This document shows, one piece after another, positions 47,788 to 58,221 of a DNA stretch of 64,000 bases. The stretch covers positions 576,001 to 640,000 of the forward strand of contig CAWBBV010000001.1 of assembly GCA_963787125.1 (NCBI GenBank), written 5' to 3'. The notes beneath the pieces are model-generated. The model saw only the letters and a program-made list of their open reading frames with translations, made no database searches and was not told where the DNA came from. The first letter of the stretch is position 1; the number at the start of each line of letters is the position of its first letter. This stretch comes from an uncultured delta proteobacterium (lineage in GTDB: Bacteria > Desulfobacterota > Desulfuromonadia > Geobacterales > DSM-12255). Position numbers and translations under genes: made by a program.

Positions 47788-50700
47788 TTGAAGATCAGGC
47801 TCAATCTTTTCTTTTTCAGCTGCACCATTATAACCCTTGCCCTGACCATCAGCACCCTGATGTTTCTGATCCAGATGCACGCCGATGCTGTTAAATGGGC
47901 GAAGACAGAACAGGAACAGGCGATCCAGACCTTTTGGCAGTTCCTGCACGCCAAAGGGGACGGCTACCGGGTCGTCAACGGCAAGCTGATGGTGGGCGAC
48001 TACGTGATCAACGGAAATTTTGAGCTGCCTGACAAGGTGCAAGAGATCTTCGGCGGCACCGCGACAATTTTCCTGGGAGATACGCGGGTTTCGACCAACG
48101 TGCTCAAGGAGGACGGCACCCGGGCAGTCGGCACTAAACTGCTGGGCCCGGCCTACGATGCCATCTTCAGGGCCAATCGTTCCTACCGTGGTGAAGCGCC
48201 GATTTTTGGCATATCCTACTATGCTGCCTATGATCCGATTCGCGATGCAAGCGGCAATATCATTGGCGTTCTTTACGTCGGCAGCAAGAAGGGTGATTTT
48301 CTCGTCGACTACAATCGTCGGGAAAAAGAGATTGTTGCCGGCACCTCACTGCTGGGAATTCTGCTTATCGCCTTTGCCTGGAGCGCCCTGCGTGAGCGGA
48401 GCAGAGCTGAAGCTAAAATTCGGCAAATGGCCGATCAGACCAGACTGATTGCCGATTCGATTCCTGCTGCTATCGCCTATATTGACATCGACCTTCGCTA
48501 TCAATTTGCCAACAGGCGTTACTATGAACTGTTCGGTGGCGAGTTTGTGGATCTGGTTGGTAAATCGGTCAAAGAGGTGCTCGGCGAAGCGCTGAGTGCT
48601 GAACGCGAAGAGAATATTCGTCAGGTGCTGGCGGGTAATAAAGTTGTTTTTACCGGTCAGATAGCACCGCAGGATGGTGACATTATCCATCTTCAGACCG
48701 CTTTTATTCCCCATCTGACAATTAACGGTGAAGTGCTCGGTTTCTTTATCCAACATTACGACATCACTGATCTAACTTTGACACAAGAGGCGCTCCGAAC
48801 CTCAGGGGAGCATTACCTGACGCTCTTCAATACCACCGGAACCGCTACTCTTGTCAGCGAGGAAGACACTACCATGTCGCTGGTCAACGAAGAGCTTGTC
48901 AGCCTTACCGGCTACTCCCGTGAGGAGCTGGAGGGTCAGCTCAGCTGGACGATATTTGTTGCTCCCGAGAGCCTGGAGAGAATGCTCGGCTACCATCGCG
49001 CCCGCAGAGCCGACACGGCAGCAGTTCCCCGCGTCTATGAGTGTGATGTCATCCGCCGCGATGGTACGCTCCGCCATATTCTTGTCCATGTAAACATAAT
49101 ACCCGGAACCAACCGGAGTATCATCTCCCTGCTCGATATTTCCGACCAGAAGCAGTTACAAGCCAGCCTCCAGAGCCAGTTGACATTCCTTCAGACCCTG
49201 ATTGATACCATTCCAAGTCCGATATTTTACAAGGACCGGGCCGGCCGCTACCTCGGCTATAATCTGGCTTTTCAGCTAATGCTCGGGCTCAAGCGGGACC
49301 AAGCCATCGGAAAAACCACTCATGATATTGCCCGGCCGGAGCTGGCCGACAACTACTCTGCAATGGATGATGCGCTTTTTTCCAATCCGGGGACACAGGT
49401 TTACGAGTCGTCTATCATTGATGCCAATGACAGGCGGCTCGACGTCATTTTCTACAAGGGTACTTTCATCGGTGAAGATGGTCTTGTGGCGGGTTTAGTC
49501 GGTGTTATCCTCGATGTAACCGGGCATAAGCAGTCTGAACGGCTGCTGGCCGGAGAGAAGCTGGTCATGAAGATGATCGTCAGTGACGCGCCGCTACCAG
49601 AAGTTCTGGCGGCGATCTGCGTGAACATCGAGGAACAGACGTCAGGCGGGCTCTGCTCGCTGCTACTGCTTGATGACGACGGGCGCCACCTTCGCCATGC
49701 CGCTGCCCCGAGTCTGCCCGAGGCTTATAATAGAGCGATAGACGGCACGCGTATCGGTCCGCTTATCGGTTCCTGCGGCACCGCTGCTTATAGCGGGCAG
49801 CAGGTAATAGTGAGCGATATTGCTACAGATCCACGCTGGGCAAAATACCGCAAACTCCCATTGAGCTTTGGTCTGCAGGCTTGCTGGTCACAGCCGATTA
49901 AAGCCAGTAGCGGCAAAATTCTGGGAACCTTTGCTATTTACTACTCTCTGCCACGATCGCCGAATTCTGAAGAGTTGTTGCTTGTGGAGCGGGCGGCTCA
50001 TCTTGCCAGTATCGTGATCGAGCGAAAACGAGCCGCCGAATCGCTAAGGGAAAGCGAGGATCGCTTCCACCGGATTTTTTCCCAAAACGATGACGCCGTT
50101 GTCCTGTTCCGCATGGATGACCTTGTTCTTATAGATGTCAACCCGGCTGCATTGGCGTTATTCGAGTACGACCGTTCCGAATTGCTCGGGCTGAAAGCGT
50201 ATATGCTGATTGCCAATAAAGATTTTGAAGCCCTGGTCGATGCCATCCCGAGGGACAATCCGACAGAGGCTTTCCAGCTCGATCAGGCCTACGGCATACG
50301 CAAGGACGGCAAACAGATTATGATCGTTATCCGTTGTAAGGTCCTGATGCTCCGTGAAGAGTACGTCGTACACTGCTCCATCAGGGACATCACTGAAAAA
50401 ATGCGACTGGAGGATGAGGTTCGGGGCACTCAGGCAAAGCTGATTCATACCAATAAAATGACCTCAATCGGCATGCTCGCATCGAGCGTTGCCCATGAAA
50501 TCAACAACCCGAACAACTGCATTTCTGTAAATGCCGCAATGCTGGACGATGTCTGGCAGGATGCTGTGCCGTTACTGGAGACCATCCATGCCACGCAGGG
50601 TGAATTCATGCTCAGGGGGATCCCGTTTACCAAGATGCGGGAATTTGCCCCAAGGCTCCTCGGCGGTATTAGAGAAGGCTCCCGGCGGATTACCGCCATC

Positions 50701-51234
50701 GTCCAGAACATGAGAGATTACGTTCGGGAGGATAAAAGCGGTTCCGACGGTAGCGTTGATGTCAACCAACTGCTGCAGAATGCAATGTCGATCCTCTGGC
50801 ATCATATTCATCTCCATACGGACCATTTCAACACTGAGCTGGGAGAAGAGCTGCCTTTGGCGCGGGGAAACGGTCAGCAGGTCGAGCAGGTTCTTATCAA
50901 CCTGCTGACGAATGCTCTGCAGTCGCTCCCGGACAAGAAAGCCGGAGTAAACATCGCTACCTTTGTGGAAAGCGGGGGGGATATAACTGTCAAGGTCAGG
51001 GATGAAGGAAAAGGGATGGACAATGCGACGCTGGCGCGTCTTACCGAACCGTTTTTTACGACACGCACCGATGAAGGGGGGACCGGGCTTGGCCTTTATA
51101 TCTCCGCCTCAATCATCAAAGAACATGGCGGGACTCTGGAATTCAAGTCAGAGCCGGGAAAAGGGACGACTGCCACTGTCCGGTTGCCGGTATCGGGGAA
51201 AAGCAGCATTTGCGCAGCTGATTCGAGGGCTTGA
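47788..51234 (+). CDS. Membrane sensor histidine kinase (Cache-PAS x3-GAF-PAS-HisKA-HATPase)
   Basis: GGAGG + TTG 47788; TM-Cache (TATIF...RVSTNV...RAVGT)-TM; GSCGTAAY GAF; VAHEINNP; GTGLGL. Confidence 0.92.
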   Translation: MKIRLNLFFFSCTIITLALTISTLMFLIQMHADAVKWAKTEQEQAIQTFWQFLHAKGDGYRVVNGKLMVGDYVINGNFELPDKVQEIFGGTATIFLGDTRVSTNVLKEDGTRAVGTKLLGPAYDAIFRANRSYRGEAPIFGISYYAAYDPIRDASGNIIGVLYVGSKKGDFLVDYNRREKEIVAGTSLLGILLIAFAWSALRERSRAEAKIRQMADQTRLIADSIPAAIAYIDIDLRYQFANRRYYELFGGEFVDLVGKSVKEVLGEALSAEREENIRQVLAGNKVVFTGQIAPQDGDIIHLQTAFIPHLTINGEVLGFFIQHYDITDLTLTQEALRTSGEHYLTLFNTTGTATLVSEEDTTMSLVNEELVSLTGYSREELEGQLSWTIFVAPESLERMLGYHRARRADTAAVPRVYECDVIRRDGTLRHILVHVNIIPGTNRSIISLLDISDQKQLQASLQSQLTFLQTLIDTIPSPIFYKDRAGRYLGYNLAFQLMLGLKRDQAIGKTTHDIARPELADNYSAMDDALFSNPGTQVYESSIIDANDRRLDVIFYKGTFIGEDGLVAGLVGVILDVTGHKQSERLLAGEKLVMKMIVSDAPLPEVLAAICVNIEEQTSGGLCSLLLLDDDGRHLRHAAAPSLPEAYNRAIDGTRIGPLIGSCGTAAYSGQQVIVSDIATDPRWAKYRKLPLSFGLQACWSQPIKASSGKILGTFAIYYSLPRSPNSEELLLVERAAHLASIVIERKRAAESLRESEDRFHRIFSQNDDAVVLFRMDDLVLIDVNPAALALFEYDRSELLGLKAYMLIANKDFEALVDAIPRDNPTEAFQLDQAYGIRKDGKQIMIVIRCKVLMLREEYVVHCSIRDITEKMRLEDEVRGTQAKLIHTNKMTSIGMLASSVAHEINNPNNCISVNAAMLDDVWQDAVPLLETIHATQGEFMLRGIPFTKMREFAPRLLGGIREGSRRITAIVQNMRDYVREDKSGSDGSVDVNQLLQNAMSILWHHIHLHTDHFNTELGEELPLARGNGQQVEQVLINLLTNALQSLPDKKAGVNIATFVESGGDITVKVRDEGKGMDNATLARLTEPFFTTRTDEGGTGLGLYISASIIKEHGGTLEFKSEPGKGTTATVRLPVSGKSSICAADSRA

Positions 51235-51254
51235 ACTGTGGCTTCAGGCAAGAG

Positions 51255-52145
51255 CTATAACCCTGCAATTGCCAACTTTTCCAAGAGTTCCAGCTGCTGA
51301 GATGAAAGAGATTGCGGCACCGCTATTTGAACCATAACGTAGAAATCACCCCTGATCCCTTTGCCTTGTTGTGGAAAACCGAGCCCTTTCAGCCTGATCT
51401 TCATGCCGGGCTGAATGCCGGCCGGCACCTTTATCCTCTTTGTCCCGTCAAGGGTTGCAACATCCAGAGAGCCGCCCAGGCAGGCATGGCTGAATGAGAT
51501 CTGCTGTGGAAAGATGATGTCCGCGCCTTCCCTGCTGTATCTGGCATCCGCTTTTACAATGATATTAAGATAAAGATCACCGCTGGCTCCGCCACCGATG
51601 CCGGCACCCCCCTTTCCTGCAAGCCGCAGGCGCGCACCGCTTTCTATGCCGGCCGGGAGTTTTACCGAAACCTCTTCGCTGCGTCCTTCTCTACTGAAAG
51701 ATATCCGTTTTTCGCCGCCTGAAAAAGCCTCCATGAAGCTGATGGCAAGCTCCATTTCGAAATCCTGCCCTTTTCGGCTCATGCTGCGCCCGCCCTGCCT
51801 GAAACCTCCTCCTCCACCAAAGATTCTGGAGAAGACATCATCTGAGCCACCAAGATTGAACTCCTTGAAAATATCTCCGGCATTGAAGTTACGAAAGATG
51901 TCTTCCTGTGAATAACGCTGGTGAAACCCGTCAGAGCCGAAACGGTCATACTGGGTTTTTTTCTCGGGATCCGAAAGCACGGCGTAAGCTTCGTTGATCT
52001 CCTTGAAGCGGTCTTCGGCCTTTTTATCGCCTGGGTTCTTGTCCGGGTGGAACTTGACTGCAAGTTTGCGGAAAGCCTTTTTCAGTTCGTCAGCAGTCGC
52101 CCCTTTTTTTAGTCCCAATACTTCGTAATAATCCTTATCTGCCAA
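51255..52145 (-). CDS. Class-B DnaJ/CbpA-like co-chaperone
   Basis: J domain with HPD, G/F region, no zinc finger, DnaJ_C. Confidence 0.92.
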   Translation of the reverse strand: MADKDYYEVLGLKKGATADELKKAFRKLAVKFHPDKNPGDKKAEDRFKEINEAYAVLSDPEKKTQYDRFGSDGFHQRYSQEDIFRNFNAGDIFKEFNLGGSDDVFSRIFGGGGGFRQGGRSMSRKGQDFEMELAISFMEAFSGGEKRISFSREGRSEEVSVKLPAGIESGARLRLAGKGGAGIGGGASGDLYLNIIVKADARYSREGADIIFPQQISFSHACLGGSLDVATLDGTKRIKVPAGIQPGMKIRLKGLGFPQQGKGIRGDFYVMVQIAVPQSLSSQQLELLEKLAIAGL

Positions 52146-52175
52146 TTTAAGCGCCCCTTTTTTCAGTTTGAAAAG

Positions 52176-52204
52176 AATCTAACCATTGGCACAGCTCATG
52201 TCAA
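52176..52204 (-). promoter_or_regulatory. sigma70 promoter of the dnaJ-like gene
   Basis: TTGACA-N17-TAGATT. Confidence 0.65.
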
Positions 52205-52353
52205 TGATTCGCTAATCCAAATTTGTACCGTCGAAAAATTATCTGCTAATTTTTAATGCATCGCTGAAATTTCGTGTTATATTTCCGTGGTTGATTTTAT
52301 CGAGCCAGAAGATAAAAACTGATCATTAAACCTGCAAAGGAGACGTATTAGGT

Positions 52354-52971
52354 ATGTTCGGACTGATCCCGAAAGAAGAGAAGTTTTTCCAGATGTTCCA
52401 GGAAATGGGTGGAATTATTGTTGAAGGGGCGAAAGAGCTCAAGAACATGCTCGATCACTACGCTGATCCGCCTGCAAGCCAGAAGCGGATCAAGGATATA
52501 GAGCACCGGGGTGACGTGCAGACTCATGACATCATCAAGAAGCTGAATAAAAGCTTTATCACTCCTTTTGACAGGGAAGACATCTACTCCCTGGCGTCCT
52601 CCCTTGATGACATACTTGACTTGATTGATGGCTGCGCTCAACGTCTCGTCATGTATAACGTCGAAAACACCACGCCGGAGGCAAAAGAGCTCGCTTTTCT
52701 TATTCTCAAGGGTGCTGAGGCTATTAATAAAGCGCTTCATGTTATCGGCGGGAAGCTTGAGCCGATAGCCGAGTACTGCGTCGAGGTCAATGCTCTGGAA
52801 AATGAGGCTGACCGTGTCTGCCGCGAAGCTATCAGCCGCCTCTTTGACGAAGAGAAGGATCCTATCCAGCTGATAAAATGGAAGGAGATTTACGAGACTC
52901 TGGAGAAGGCGACGGACAAGTGTGAAGATGCTGCCAATATTCTCGAAAGTGTGGTAGTCAAAAATGCCTGA
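52354..52971 (+). CDS. DUF47 (PhoU-like) phosphate transport regulator
   Basis: EHRGD, FITPFDREDI, ENEAD, TDKCED. Confidence 0.92.
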   Translation: MFGLIPKEEKFFQMFQEMGGIIVEGAKELKNMLDHYADPPASQKRIKDIEHRGDVQTHDIIKKLNKSFITPFDREDIYSLASSLDDILDLIDGCAQRLVMYNVENTTPEAKELAFLILKGAEAINKALHVIGGKLEPIAEYCVEVNALENEADRVCREAISRLFDEEKDPIQLIKWKEIYETLEKATDKCEDAANILESVVVKNA

Positions 52972-53965
52972 TGCAACCATGATAATGCTGGTGCTGGTAA
53001 TTCTCGCGGCGCTGGCGTTCGATTATATAAACGGTTTTCATGACACGGCCAATGCCATTGCCACCTGTGTTTCTACCAGAGCGCTGACTGTAAAAGCAGC
53101 TATTTTAATGGCTGCAGTGCTTAATTTTGCCGGGGCAATGGTATCGACAAAAGTAGCAGCGACTATTGGAAAAGGGATAGTCGACAAGGATCACATCACT
53201 CAGATGGTTGTGCTTGCCGGAATTCTGGGGGCGATAATTTGGGACATCATAACCTGGTATTACGGACTCCCCTCTTCGTCCTCCCATGCGATCATCGGCG
53301 GCCTGATGGGCGCAGTGATGGCGCACGCTGGTGCTTCGGCGCTTCACTGGACGGGACTCAAGAACATCGTCCTTGCCCTCTTGATCTCGCCGGTAATAGG
53401 CACTGCATTAGGCTTTACCTTTATGGTCATAATCTATTGGGCTTTTCGCAACAAAGCTCCTTCCGGGCTCAATAAGGGCTTCCGACGGATGCAGATTGTT
53501 TCTGCTGCATTCATGGCATTCTCTCACGGCACTGCCGATGCCCAGAAGTCAATGGGCGTAATTACCATGGCGCTCCTGAGCTACGGACTGATTCCATCTT
53601 TTGATGTTCCGACCTGGGTAAAAATCGCTTGTGCGGTTTCAATGGGCATAGGAACAGCTGCCGGAGGATGGAGGATAATAAAGACGGTAGGTCACGACTT
53701 CGTCAAGCTGCAACCGGTGCATGGGTTCTGCGTGGAGACAGCCTCAGCAGGGGTAATTCTGGGGGCTGCTTCAATGGGTATGCCGGTCAGTACAACCCAC
53801 GTCATCACATCGGCAATACTTGGTGTAGGCCTTTCCAAAAGAATATCCGCAGTGAACTGGGGAGTTGCCCAGCGGATTCTGATAGCTTGGGTACTTACCA
53901 TCCCGGCATCGGCAATCGTTGCCTACGCCTGCTATCTTCTTCTGTCACCCTTTCTCGGCACGTAA
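52964..53965 (+). CDS. pit: PiT-family inorganic phosphate transporter
   Basis: NGFHDTANA, PSSSSHA, HGTADAQK, PVSTTH. Confidence 0.95.
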   Translation: MPDATMIMLVLVILAALAFDYINGFHDTANAIATCVSTRALTVKAAILMAAVLNFAGAMVSTKVAATIGKGIVDKDHITQMVVLAGILGAIIWDIITWYYGLPSSSSHAIIGGLMGAVMAHAGASALHWTGLKNIVLALLISPVIGTALGFTFMVIIYWAFRNKAPSGLNKGFRRMQIVSAAFMAFSHGTADAQKSMGVITMALLSYGLIPSFDVPTWVKIACAVSMGIGTAAGGWRIIKTVGHDFVKLQPVHGFCVETASAGVILGAASMGMPVSTTHVITSAILGVGLSKRISAVNWGVAQRILIAWVLTIPASAIVAYACYLLLSPFLGT

Positions 53966-53966
53966 A

Positions 53967-54004
53967 ACCAGATAGGGCATGCCTGAAGGCATGCCCTATC
54001 TGGT
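53967..54004. repeat. Perfect 17-bp inverted repeat (terminator- or REP-like)
   Basis: ACCAGATAGGGCATGCC-tgaa-GGCATGCCCTATCTGGT between convergent pit and hemL. Confidence 0.8.
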
Positions 54005-54059
54005 AATCCCAAAGAAAACCTACGACAACCCTCCATTTTCAAGAAAGTTCGGCGCAGAA

Positions 54060-55343
54060 TCAGAGGCTCTTGAAACATTTGCCGGCAGCGGCAATTGTCC
54101 GATCCAGATCATCAGGCGAGTGGGCGATTGAAACGAAACCGGTTTCATACTGTGAGGGGGCGAGATAGATCCCCTCTTCAAGCATGCCACGGAAGTAAGT
54201 GGCAAAAGCTTTGGTGTCGCTTGTGGCGGCGCTCTCCCAGTCAGTTACTACATTGGCGGTGAAAAATGTACAAAACATGCTGCCAACTCGGGTTGAATAA
54301 ACTGGATAACCGGCGTCTTTGGCGGCTTTGGCGATGCCTGCAGCAAGGTAGGCGCTCTTCTCTTCAAGCTGTTGATAGAATCCAGGTTTTTTGATGAGGT
54401 TGAGGGTCGCGATACCGGCGCTCATTGCCAGCGGGTTGCCGGAAAGAGTTCCTGCCTGGTAGACACCGCCGGACGGCGAGAGCAGAGCCATTATCTCTTT
54501 CTTGCCACCAAAAGCGCCAACGGGCAGGCCACCGCCAATGATTTTGCCGAGAGTAGTCATGTCGGGAGTAACTCCGTAAACCTCTTGTGCGCCGCCGTAG
54601 GCGACTCTGAAGCCGGACATGACCTCGTCAAATATCAGGACGATGCCTTCATCAGTGCAGAGTTTGCGCAGGCCTTCAAGGAAGCCTGGCTGAGGCGGAA
54701 CGGTCCCCATGTTGCCTGCAACCGGTTCAATGATAATACAGGCTATCTGGTTGCTGTTTTCACTAACAAGCTGCTTTACGGAATCAAGGTTGTTGAAAGT
54801 TGCTGTAAGGGTAAGTTTGGCAAAGTCCTGTGGCACTCCGGGAGAGTCTGGAACACCGAAAGTGGCAGCGCCGGAACCAGCCTTGACGAGCAGAGCATCT
54901 GAATGGCCATGATAGCAGCCGGAAAACTTGATGATCTTGTCACGACCGGTATAGCCGCGGGCAAGGCGAATGGCGCTCATTGTGGCTTCGGTCCCTGAAC
55001 TGACCATTCTGACCATCTCGATTGAGGGGACAGCATCGATAACCATTTGCGCAAGAGTGATCTCTTTTTCAGTCGGGGCACCAAAGCTTGCACCGCTGTC
55101 AGCGGCGGATTTTACTGCAGCAACAACATCGGGATGACAATGTCCAAGAATCATTGGTCCCCATGAGCCGACATAGTCAATGAACTGATTGCCGTCTACA
55201 TCAAAAACGTTACAGCCTGAAGCTCTGGTTATAAAAAGCGGGTCGGCGCCAACTGATCTGAAGGCCCGAACAGGGCTGTTGACCCCTCCGGGGATAGACT
55301 CTTTTGCTAATGAAAACAGCTGACTTGATTTAACATAATTCAT
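54060..55343 (-). CDS. hemL: Glutamate-1-semialdehyde 2,1-aminomutase
   Basis: [40 protein letters not shown]. Confidence 0.97.
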   Translation of the reverse strand: MNYVKSSQLFSLAKESIPGGVNSPVRAFRSVGADPLFITRASGCNVFDVDGNQFIDYVGSWGPMILGHCHPDVVAAVKSAADSGASFGAPTEKEITLAQMVIDAVPSIEMVRMVSSGTEATMSAIRLARGYTGRDKIIKFSGCYHGHSDALLVKAGSGAATFGVPDSPGVPQDFAKLTLTATFNNLDSVKQLVSENSNQIACIIIEPVAGNMGTVPPQPGFLEGLRKLCTDEGIVLIFDEVMSGFRVAYGGAQEVYGVTPDMTTLGKIIGGGLPVGAFGGKKEIMALLSPSGGVYQAGTLSGNPLAMSAGIATLNLIKKPGFYQQLEEKSAYLAAGIAKAAKDAGYPVYSTRVGSMFCTFFTANVVTDWESAATSDTKAFATYFRGMLEEGIYLAPSQYETGFVSIAHSPDDLDRTIAAAGKCFKSL

Positions 55344-55456
55344 TTGCTACCTCACAGGCCATAATGTAATTAAAGTATGATTTTCTCGGAGTTAGCATAG
55401 TTTTCTCAGAACTGTCAAGGATCGATTCCCGGTGCTATAATTAAAGATATTTTTTC

Positions 55457-55485
55457 TTGACATGGAAGATTAAATGCCCTAAATT
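55457..55485 (+). promoter_or_regulatory. sigma70 promoter of the nuo operon
   Basis: TTGACA-N17-TAAATT. Confidence 0.7.
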
Positions 55486-55493
55486 ACGCGGCG

Positions 55494-55510
55494 TTGTATA
55501 CAGTATACAA
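55494..55510. promoter_or_regulatory. Palindromic operator (possibly HgtR)
   Basis: TTGTATAC-A-GTATACAA at the predicted nuo TSS. Confidence 0.7.
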
Positions 55511-55596
55511 AAGAGAGTTTCACGTACAACTCGTTGATATTTGGATAGTTGCACTAAGAGCAAATAAACTTTTTGAAAGAGCAGGCGGAGGTTCAG

Positions 55597-55953
55597 ATGT
55601 TAGGGGCATATCTCCCGATAATTTTACTTTTGGTCATTGCGGTCTGTTTCGGACTCGGTTCTCTCGTATTTTCTTCCCTTATTGGACAGAAGAAGTTGTC
55701 AGCTGTAAAGCTGCAGCCTTACGAGTGCGGCTGTGAGCCGGTAGGGAGTGCTCAAGAGCGTTTCTCAATCAAGTTCTACCTCATCGCGATGCTCTTTATA
55801 CTGTTCGATATCGAATGTGTATTCCTTTACCCATGGGCGGTTCTTTTTAAGCGTCTAGGGGTTTTTGGTCTTCTGGAGATGGGGGCTTTCATGCTGATCC
55901 TCTTCGTTGGCTATATTTACATATGGAAAAAAGGAGCCTTGGAATGGGAGTAG
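55597..55953 (+). CDS. nuoA: NADH-quinone oxidoreductase subunit A
   Basis: [25 protein letters not shown] + ATG 55597. Confidence 0.96.
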   Translation: MLGAYLPIILLLVIAVCFGLGSLVFSSLIGQKKLSAVKLQPYECGCEPVGSAQERFSIKFYLIAMLFILFDIECVFLYPWAVLFKRLGVFGLLEMGAFMLILFVGYIYIWKKGALEWE

Positions 55954-56459
55954 ATAATCCGCTTGGCGACAACATTATCACTGCTTCTCTTGACGGTCTC
56001 GTCAACTGGTCACGGAAATCATCAATCTGGCCGATGACCTTTGGTCTTGCCTGCTGTGCTATCGAAATGATGGCAACCGGTGCATCACACAACGACCTTG
56101 ACCGCTTCGGCATCATCTTCCGGGCATCACCACGTCAGTCTGACTGCATCATTATAGCGGGTACGGTTACCAAGAAGATGTTACCCGTCATCAAGACTGT
56201 TTATGAGCAGATGCCTGAGCCGAAATGGGTTATTGCGATGGGTGCATGTGCCTGCTCCGGTGGTATTTTTGACACTTACAGTGTTGTTCAGGGAATAGAT
56301 GAGGCGTTGCCAGTTGATGTTTATATCCCCGGCTGTCCTCCTAGGCCTGAAGCGCTTTTATTCGGACTAATGAAGCTTCAGGACAAGATAATGTCAGAAC
56401 GCAATTCGTTCGGTGCGACCATTGGTCTTGGCGAACGTTACATACCTGAAGCAGCATAA
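55944..56459 (+). CDS. nuoB: NADH-quinone oxidoreductase subunit B
   Basis: [27 protein letters not shown]. Confidence 0.96.
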   Translation: MGVDNPLGDNIITASLDGLVNWSRKSSIWPMTFGLACCAIEMMATGASHNDLDRFGIIFRASPRQSDCIIIAGTVTKKMLPVIKTVYEQMPEPKWVIAMGACACSGGIFDTYSVVQGIDEALPVDVYIPGCPPRPEALLFGLMKLQDKIMSERNSFGATIGLGERYIPEAA

Positions 56460-56485
56460 AAGATATCACGACCAAAGGAAAAGGT

Positions 56486-56980
56486 GTGGCTGATATGGCT
56501 GAAAACAATCGTGCAGTAATCAAGCTTAAAGAGCGTTTCGCTGCTGATATAGTTGAAGTTAAAGAGTTCCGTGGTGAAGTTACCGTGACGGTCAAGAAAG
56601 AGAACATTGTAGAAATTTGCACTTTTCTCAAAACAGTTCTGGCGTATAACCTTCTGACAGATGTTACCGCAGTAGATTATCTCGGTCAGGATCCTCGTTT
56701 TCTGGTTGTTTACAATCTCTACTCAATTCCTAACAAGGACCGGCTTCGCCTGAAAGCACAGGTTGCAGAGTCTGCCAGTTCAATTGACACAGTTTCAAAA
56801 GTCTGGTCTTCAGCTGATTGGTTGGAGCGCGAGGTTTTCGACCTTTTCGGGATAACATTCAATGGCCATCCTGATCTTCGCAGGATTCTTATGACTGACG
56901 ACTGGGTAGGTCATCCGCTTCGCAAGGATTATCCACTACAGGGGCCTGACCGGGAGCCATATAAAGGGCGCCTTTCCTGA
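56486..56980 (+). CDS. nuoC: NADH-quinone oxidoreductase subunit C
   Basis: EREVFDLFGI, GHPDLRRI, GHPLRKDYP. Confidence 0.95.
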   Translation: MADMAENNRAVIKLKERFAADIVEVKEFRGEVTVTVKKENIVEICTFLKTVLAYNLLTDVTAVDYLGQDPRFLVVYNLYSIPNKDRLRLKAQVAESASSIDTVSKVWSSADWLEREVFDLFGITFNGHPDLRRILMTDDWVGHPLRKDYPLQGPDREPYKGRLS

Positions 56981-57022
56981 TTAACAAATAGCAGTTCTAC
57001 ACTCTGCAGGGGTGATAAACCA

Positions 57023-58195
57023 ATGGCAAAAAAAGAGACAATGACAGTAAATATGGGACCACAGCATCCGTCAACTCACGGTGTTCTGCGTCTTGTAATC
57101 GAGCTTGACGGAGAGATTATCGAGAAGATTACTCCGCATATCGGTTATCTCCATCGTGGCGTAGAGAAACTTTCTGAACACCGCACCTATCATCAGACTA
57201 TTCCTCTTACTGATAGACTCGACTATTTGGCGCCGATGAGCAACAACCTCGGTTATGTTCTGGCCGTCGAAAAGCTGCTAGCTATAGAGATTCCTGAACG
57301 TGCGGAAACCGTCAGGGTTATTCTTGCCGAGTTGACACGACTCAAGTCTCACCTTGTCTGGATTGCCTGTCACGCTCTTGACATCGGCGCAATGACAGTC
57401 TTCATTTATGCTTTCCGTGAGCGCGAGAAGATCATGGAACTGTATGAGAAGATCTCCGGTGCACGTATGACAAGCAATTACTTCCGTATTGGTGGTCTTT
57501 CAAGCGATGTATATCCTGGCTTTGAAAAGGATGTTCAGGAGATACTTGATACCTTCCCGGGGCATCTGGATACTTACGAGGGACTTCTTACAAAGAATAC
57601 CATCTGGCTGCAGCGCACAATCGGGAACGGTGTGATCTCTGCAGAAGACGCCATTGATGCCGGTATCACCGGTCCGGCGCTGCGCGGTTCGGGTGTTGAT
57701 TGGGATCTCCGCCGTGATAATCCTTACAGTGGCTACGAGAAGTACAGTTTCAAGGTTCCGGTAGGTGAAAATTGTGACACTTTCGACCGTTATAAGGTCC
57801 GTCTGGTCGAAATGCGTCAGGCAATGAACATTATTGCGCAGGCACTCAAAGCGCTGAAGCCGGGACCGGTTCTTGCTGATGAGCCGCAGGTTTGCTATCC
57901 GCCGAAAGAGAGTGTCTATAACTCGATAGAAGGTCTTATTCACCATTTCAAGATTGCCAGTGAAGGTTTTCCTGTCCCAGAAGGAGAAGTTTATCAGGGG
58001 ATTGAAGCTCCAAAAGGTGAACTGGGCTACTATCTGGTAAGCGATGGCAGCAACAAACCTTACAGAATGAGAGTGCGTCCGCCTTCATTTGTAAATCTGT
58101 CGGCAATTGAGAAGATGGCAAAAGGTGGAATGATCGCAGACTTGGTAGCAGTAATCGGAACCCTTGACATAGTTCTGGGTGAAATCGACCGTTAA
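57023..58195 (+). CDS. nuoD: NADH-quinone oxidoreductase subunit D
   Basis: GPQHPSTHGVLR, GYLHRG, EAPKGE, GEIDR. Confidence 0.97.
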   Translation: MAKKETMTVNMGPQHPSTHGVLRLVIELDGEIIEKITPHIGYLHRGVEKLSEHRTYHQTIPLTDRLDYLAPMSNNLGYVLAVEKLLAIEIPERAETVRVILAELTRLKSHLVWIACHALDIGAMTVFIYAFREREKIMELYEKISGARMTSNYFRIGGLSSDVYPGFEKDVQEILDTFPGHLDTYEGLLTKNTIWLQRTIGNGVISAEDAIDAGITGPALRGSGVDWDLRRDNPYSGYEKYSFKVPVGENCDTFDRYKVRLVEMRQAMNIIAQALKALKPGPVLADEPQVCYPPKESVYNSIEGLIHHFKIASEGFPVPEGEVYQGIEAPKGELGYYLVSDGSNKPYRMRVRPPSFVNLSAIEKMAKGGMIADLVAVIGTLDIVLGEIDR

Positions 58196-58221
58196 ACTCC
58201 CTGCAAAGGAGATGGAAGTTC

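Noticed and set aside
52186..52215. TTGGCAC near the dnaJ promoter as a sigma54 box or CIRCE
   Set aside because: No GC at -12 and no match to TTAGCACTC-N9-GAGTGCTAA.
52348..52980. 210-aa minus-strand ORF
   Set aside because: Antisense shadow of the DUF47 gene.
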